Assembly (NCBI GenBank): GCA_017521245.1
Contig: JAFXDI010000023.1
Span: forward strand, 1,614 to 65,613
Origin: Bacteroidales bacterium
GTDB lineage: Bacteria; Bacteroidota; Bacteroidia; Bacteroidales; G3-4614
Direction: 5' to 3'
Length of the DNA stretch: 64,000 nt
A program made the translations under genes and the position numbers. Shown one piece after another: positions 59,510 to 64,000 of this stretch (position 1 is its first letter; every line of letters starts with the position of its first letter). Under the pieces are notes generated by a model that ran no database searches, had not been told where the DNA came from, and saw only the letters and a program-made list of their open reading frames with translations.

Positions 59510-59592
59510 TTTAATGAGGAATTAGGAATGAGGAATGTGAAATGAAAACAATCTCTGTCCTAAAATTCCTAATTACCAATTTTTAATTAACA
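59510..59592. repeat. heptamer-phased GAGGAAT/TAGGAAT repeat with inverted ATTCCTA partner (imperfect hairpin)
   Basis: GAGGAAT TAGGAAT GAGGAAT GTGAAAT GAAAACA (59516-59550) faces ATTCCTA ATTACCA ATTTTTA ATTAACA (59565-59592). Arms 59518-59533 / 59559-59577 can pair. Confidence 0.7.
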
Positions 59593-59663
59593 AACCTTCG
59601 TTTCTTGATTTTGCTAACGCTCTACATAGTTCAAGTAAACTTGACTCTGCCCTCGCTCACTCG

Positions 59664-59716
59664 CAAAATTCCTAATTTCTAATTGTTGCAAAGCAACGAA
59701 CTAATTCCTAATTTAA
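59664..59716. repeat. two direct AATTCCTAATTT copies flanking a GTTGC-AAA-GCAAC hairpin, overlapping the aminotransferase stop codon
   Basis: AATTCCTAATTT at 59667-59678 and 59703-59714; hairpin at 59685-59697. The stop TAA (59713-59715, minus) lies inside the second copy. Confidence 0.7.
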
Positions 59717-61029
59717 ATAGGGTGATCCATTTTAAAGTTACGCATACGCTCCTCCAGTACAGGGTATAGTTCCTCTCTCATTCGTGATGTACAGGCTCTA
59801 ACACCCTCCTCCTCGCTACCAGTTGTAGAGAGCGATATTGAACTAACACCATAATAGAGTAACTCTTTTAGGAGTTCACCGCTCTTAATACCCGGATAAC
59901 CTATTGTAAAGAAGAAACCATCACCAACCTTGCGAGTAACATCGTGGTCATAAACAATATAAAAGCCGTTATCGGTAAAAATCTTTTTCATTCGTGCCGC
60001 TCTACGAGCATACTCTTCGGTTTCGGCAACAAAATCCAACTCTCCGTCTGTTGCAGCTTTAAGCATTGCGGCATAACCATATTGAGTTGAGTGCGTAACA
60101 CCCGAAGTTATCATATACATTATAGAGGCCGTAAATGTAGAACCAAAGTGTCCTTTGCCACCATAACGCGTAGCCAACCCCTCAAAACAACTATTCCAGA
60201 GATTAGGCGAAATACACGCCACCGCCATACGTTGACCTGCGTATGAGAATATCTTTGATGACGATAGCATAACTATATAGTTCTTGCAATAGCGACCAAC
60301 AGTAGGCACAAATGGTGGAGTAAATGGCTTACCAAGATATTGGCGGAAGTCCATACAGAAATATGCCAAATCTTCCAATACAATCACACCATATTTATCG
60401 GCAAGTTCACCAATAATTTGCAACTCGCTCTCCTCTAAACAGATCCATGCAGGGTTATTGGGGTTTGAGTATATTATAGCAGCAATATCTCCACGCTCAA
60501 AGAAACTCTCAATCTTTGCTCTCAAAGCCTCTCCGCGATATGAGTATATATCAAACTGAAGATAGTCAGCACCAATAATTTTAAGTTGCGAACGCTGTAT
60601 CGGGAAACCGGGGTCGATAAAAAGAACTTTGTTCTTTTTGGGGTTAGCCTGTGTAACAGCAATAAACGAGCCATACGAAGCGGCAACCGAGCCCACCGTT
60701 GGGATACAACACTCGGCAGGGATATCAATATCGATGAATGCCTTAACAAAACGCGATGCCTCTTTTTTGAGCTCGGGCACACCTGCCGCGGCAGGATATT
60801 GCGATGCAACATCTCTGTCAAGAGCCACCTTCTCAGCCTCACGTCCAATCACGCATGAGGGCAATCCCGGAGAGCCTTGATCCATACGAATAAAGGGAAT
60901 ACCTGTACGGCGCTCCAACTCGCTCGACAACAGCAACACTTCGCCAATAGTGGCACGTTGAAGGTCGGCAATAAGCAACTCTTCGGCAACCTCATTTACA
61001 AGTTCTTCTGAAAATATTCTATTATTCAT
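59713..61029 (-). CDS. class I/II PLP-dependent aminotransferase
   Basis: 438 aa. NPNNP and SSSKIFSYAGQR (PLP lysine) motifs. Substrate not inferable from sequence alone. Confidence 0.85.
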   Translation of the reverse strand: MNNRIFSEELVNEVAEELLIADLQRATIGEVLLLSSELERRTGIPFIRMDQGSPGLPSCVIGREAEKVALDRDVASQYPAAAGVPELKKEASRFVKAFIDIDIPAECCIPTVGSVAASYGSFIAVTQANPKKNKVLFIDPGFPIQRSQLKIIGADYLQFDIYSYRGEALRAKIESFFERGDIAAIIYSNPNNPAWICLEESELQIIGELADKYGVIVLEDLAYFCMDFRQYLGKPFTPPFVPTVGRYCKNYIVMLSSSKIFSYAGQRMAVACISPNLWNSCFEGLATRYGGKGHFGSTFTASIMYMITSGVTHSTQYGYAAMLKAATDGELDFVAETEEYARRAARMKKIFTDNGFYIVYDHDVTRKVGDGFFFTIGYPGIKSGELLKELLYYGVSSISLSTTGSEEEGVRACTSRMREELYPVLEERMRNFKMDHPI

Positions 61030-61052
61030 TATTTACATTTTTACTAATTAGG

Positions 61053-61631
61053 CTAAAAACTACTTTTTGCCTCATACCCCAACATAACCGCTTTAAGGTT
61101 TTGCTCAATAACAGCATCGCCCTTTGAAGCAAATATACGTTTTACACTATCCAAAATCATCTCCAAAGGCAAACCAATAGCATCAACAGCACCGCCCAAC
61201 AAAACCATATTCTCTGAACGAGGCATACCATTATCGGCAGCAATTTGAGCAGTATCAAGCAATACAATGTTTTTAACCTTATCCAATTCTTTGTCTAAAA
61301 GTTCTTGTTCGGGATAGTTAGGAATATTTATAAAAGGTTTTGATGAAGTTATCACCCAACCATCAGGAGCAAGATATGGCATATAACGCAAAGCCTCCAT
61401 AGGCTCTAACGAAATTATAACATTAGCCGAGCCCAAAGGAATAAGGTCAGAGTGAATAGGCTCTGATGATATTCTCAAGTTCGATTGAACATCACCACCA
61501 CGTTGGCTCATACCATGAACCTCAGCCTGTTTCAAATGCAACCCCTCGTTAAGAGCAGCATCACCAATAACTGTGGCAATCGACAAAATACCTTGTCCGC
61601 CAACACCCGAAAGAATTATATCTGTTTTCAT
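61053..61631 (-). CDS. iorB: indolepyruvate:ferredoxin oxidoreductase subunit beta
   Basis: 192 aa. GVGGQGILS N-terminus. Overlaps the iorA stop by 4 nt. Confidence 0.88.
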   Translation of the reverse strand: MKTDIILSGVGGQGILSIATVIGDAALNEGLHLKQAEVHGMSQRGGDVQSNLRISSEPIHSDLIPLGSANVIISLEPMEALRYMPYLAPDGWVITSSKPFINIPNYPEQELLDKELDKVKNIVLLDTAQIAADNGMPRSENMVLLGGAVDAIGLPLEMILDSVKRIFASKGDAVIEQNLKAVMLGYEAKSSF

Positions 61632-63247
61632 TTCTTCTCTGCTTTTTGTTTTTTAAGACGACGGTTTAGAGTTTGAATACACTCTCGGCAAGGAATAATC
61701 ACCGACACACCTTTATACTCAATCTCTTCTCTAATTATATTAACAATCTCATCGTGATTTTTAGGAATAGGCACCACACAACGAATATGCTCAGGCTCAA
61801 CACCAATACCTTGGCAAATTGCTTGCAAGCGGTTAGTACCTGCCGAGTCTTGACCACCAGTCATAGCAGTGGTAAGGTTGTCGGAGATAATAACTGTGAT
61901 AGGCGATTTTGCATTAACAGCATCCAAAAGACCTGTCATACCCGAGTGAGTAAAAGTAGAGTCTCCAATAACAGCAACAGCGGGAAACAATCCGGCATCC
62001 GAAGCACCCTTTGCCATAGTAATTGAGGCACCCATATCAACGCAACTATCAATAGCCTTAAACGGAGGTAATGCACCCAAAGTATAACAACCAATATCGC
62101 TAAACACCTTACCTTGTGGATACTCAGCAATAACACGTTTTAAAGTTGCATAAACATCGCGGTGTCCGCATCCTTGACATAGTGCAGGAGGACGAGCAAC
62201 AACAGCCTCCGATTTATCGAATGTTTCGTGTGCAGGCAAGCCCATAGCAGCACGAACATTATCGGGAGTAAGTTCACCAGTTCGAGGCAACTCACCAGTA
62301 ATACGTCCTTTAATAATTAACTTATCGTTTGGCAAAGCACCACGCACCATATCTTCAACAAAAGGCTGTCCGTCTTCGGCAATTAAAATCTCCGAAGAGT
62401 TCTCTGCCAACTCCTTCAATAGAGCAGTGGGTATAGGATATTGCGATATTTTAAGGATATTCATCTCCTCCGCTTCTGCAACATTCTCCATAACATAGTT
62501 ATATGCTATACCACAAGCAACAATACCTTTTGCACCCTTTTTATTAATTATAAGTTTATTAAACTCTGTTGTTTCAGAAGAGGCAAGATAATCGGTTTGC
62601 TGAGCCACTACCTGAGCATAACGGCGGCGCGCAATAACAGGTAACAACACCCAATCGGCAGGATTCTTTGGCATAGCCATAGAGTTTTCTTCAGCAACAG
62701 AGCCAACCTCTACTACTGCACGAGAGTGAGCCATACGAGTTACAACACGCATCAAAACAGGAGTTGACATCTTCTCCGAATAGTCAAAGGCGTATGCCAT
62801 CATATCGTAAGCCTCTTGTTGTGAAGATGGCTCTAACATAGGCACCAAAGCAAATCTACCATAGTTACGAGTATCTTGCTCGTTTTGTGAAGAGTGCATC
62901 GAAGGGTCATCAGCGACCAACACCACCACACCACCATTAACACCAGTTATGGCAGAGTTCACAAAGGGGTCGGCAGCCACGTTCATACCAACGTGTTTCA
63001 TACAAACCAAAGCACGTTTTCCTGCATACGACATACCCAACGCAGCCTCCATAGCAGTCTTCTCGTTAGTACACCAACGAGAATGTATACCTCTCTCTTT
63101 AGCGAGTTTATTAGTTTGAATAAACTCTGTTATCTCGGTTGAAGGAGTACCCGGATAGGCATATACTCCCGATAGCCCGGCGTTAATTGCTCCAAGAGCA
63201 ATTGCCTGATCGCCAAGCAACATCATTTTTTTTGTATCTGTACTCAT
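61628..63247 (-). CDS. iorA: indolepyruvate:ferredoxin oxidoreductase subunit alpha (TPP-dependent)
   Basis: 539 aa. GYPGTPSTEI-type start (YAYPGTPSTEITEF), TPP motif GDSTFTHSG, Cys cluster CQGCGH. Confidence 0.9.
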   Translation of the reverse strand: MSTDTKKMMLLGDQAIALGAINAGLSGVYAYPGTPSTEITEFIQTNKLAKERGIHSRWCTNEKTAMEAALGMSYAGKRALVCMKHVGMNVAADPFVNSAITGVNGGVVVLVADDPSMHSSQNEQDTRNYGRFALVPMLEPSSQQEAYDMMAYAFDYSEKMSTPVLMRVVTRMAHSRAVVEVGSVAEENSMAMPKNPADWVLLPVIARRRYAQVVAQQTDYLASSETTEFNKLIINKKGAKGIVACGIAYNYVMENVAEAEEMNILKISQYPIPTALLKELAENSSEILIAEDGQPFVEDMVRGALPNDKLIIKGRITGELPRTGELTPDNVRAAMGLPAHETFDKSEAVVARPPALCQGCGHRDVYATLKRVIAEYPQGKVFSDIGCYTLGALPPFKAIDSCVDMGASITMAKGASDAGLFPAVAVIGDSTFTHSGMTGLLDAVNAKSPITVIISDNLTTAMTGGQDSAGTNRLQAICQGIGVEPEHIRCVVPIPKNHDEIVNIIREEIEYKGVSVIIPCRECIQTLNRRLKKQKAEKK

Positions 63248-64000
63248 TTTAATATAAAGTCATCGGCATCGTTAAGAGCCGGAAATTTATTTCTAAAGTT
63301 ATTAATAAGTTCTAAATCAATAGATGCAGTAACAACATCCTCCACACCCTCTTTACACTCGGCAACGGGTTGTCCGTAAGGATCGATAAGCATAGTATCG
63401 CCCGAGTAGTCGCCCCACTCATCAGTACCACCACGATTAACAGCGGCAACGTAGCATAAATTCTCTATTGCACGAGCCTTAGCGAGAGTACACCATGGAT
63501 AACGGCGAACACGAGGCCAATTTGCCACACATATAATCAACTCATAGTCATTTCTATTACGGCTAAACACAGGAAAACGCAAATCGTAGCAGATAAGCAA
63601 AAGTATTTTCACACCCCTAAACTCTACCACCTTACGCTCCACTCCTGCTGTATAAACCTTATCCTCGCCACTGAACGAGAAGAGGTGATGTTTATCGTAA
63701 ACCTCAACCTCGCCATCGGGTTTGCAGAAGTACATACGATTATAATATTTACCGCCATCCTCAACAGCAACACTACCAACTATGGCAGCATCCATACGTT
63801 TAGCCATCTGCATCATCCACTCAAAGGCAACACCGCCCACAGGCTCAGTTATCTCAGTTGGTTTCATACAGAAACCAGTTGTAAACATTTCTGGTAGAAT
63901 ATATATGTCGCTCTTCTCAGCCCCAAGAATAAGCTCTTCAGCACGAGCCAAGTTCTCCTTTGGACTACACCACTTAATATCAGTTTGCAATAGCGTTATT
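63244..64000 (-). CDS. carbon-nitrogen hydrolase (nitrilase superfamily, omega-amidase/YafV-like), 5' end beyond the window
   Basis: E-K-C triad contexts are visible: YILPEMF, VYDKHHLF, LLICYDLRFP. The track start is a TTG at 63990, but the frame stays open to 64000 (..ITLLQTDIKW), so the true start is outside the window. Confidence 0.85.
   Translation of the reverse strand, partial: ITLLQTDIKWCSPKENLARAEELILGAEKSDIYILPEMFTTGFCMKPTEITEPVGGVAFEWMMQMAKRMDAAIVGSVAVEDGGKYYNRMYFCKPDGEVEVYDKHHLFSFSGEDKVYTAGVERKVVEFRGVKILLLICYDLRFPVFSRNRNDYELIICVANWPRVRRYPWCTLAKARAIENLCYVAAVNRGGTDEWGDYSGDTMLIDPYGQPVAECKEGVEDVVTASIDLELINNFRNKFPALNDADDFILK

Noticed and set aside
59510-59716. CRISPR-like array, because of the repeated AATTAGGAAT words.
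   Set aside because: The units are 7-14 nt, contiguous or inverted, and irregular. There are no 25-40-nt spacers between constant repeats and no cas genes in the window.

Overview
The window is chromosomal DNA from a low-GC member of the Bacteroidota, most likely Bacteroidales; the genus cannot be determined. Three things support that placement: type IX secretion (T9SS) C-terminal sorting domains plus a PorQ-like gene, a fused SecDF, and several intergenic regions matching the Bacteroides promoter consensus TTTG-N19-TAnnTTTG. Gene content is mostly housekeeping: trpS (partial), alaS, speA, truA, pheA, gadB, fbaA, cdaA, folP, cmk, ispH, pfkA, a RelA/SpoT homolog, a 7TM-HD phosphohydrolase, secDF and leuS. 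There is also a TonB-ExbB-ExbD cluster and an indolepyruvate oxidoreductase / phenylacetate-CoA ligase cluster. Two solitary tRNA-Pro genes are present (anticodons GGG and CGG). I found no rRNA, CRISPR array, transposase, integrase or prophage. The non-routine content is as follows. (1) A co-directional PAP2-phosphatase/beta-barrel, mini T9SS cargo and tandem-CotH locus (10.9-17.0 kb). (2) A 1982-aa T9SS cargo fusing a DUF4091/GH123-like region to a GH33 sialidase (51.7-57.7 kb). (3) An in-frame TAG splitting an otherwise intact TatD gene. (4) An orphan two-gene cassette beside tRNA-Pro(CGG). (5) Heptamer-phased AATTAGGAAT-type intergenic repeats that begin at stop codons. All family assignments come from motifs I recognised in the translations. 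No database search was run, and many antisense ORFs in the track are treated as spurious.
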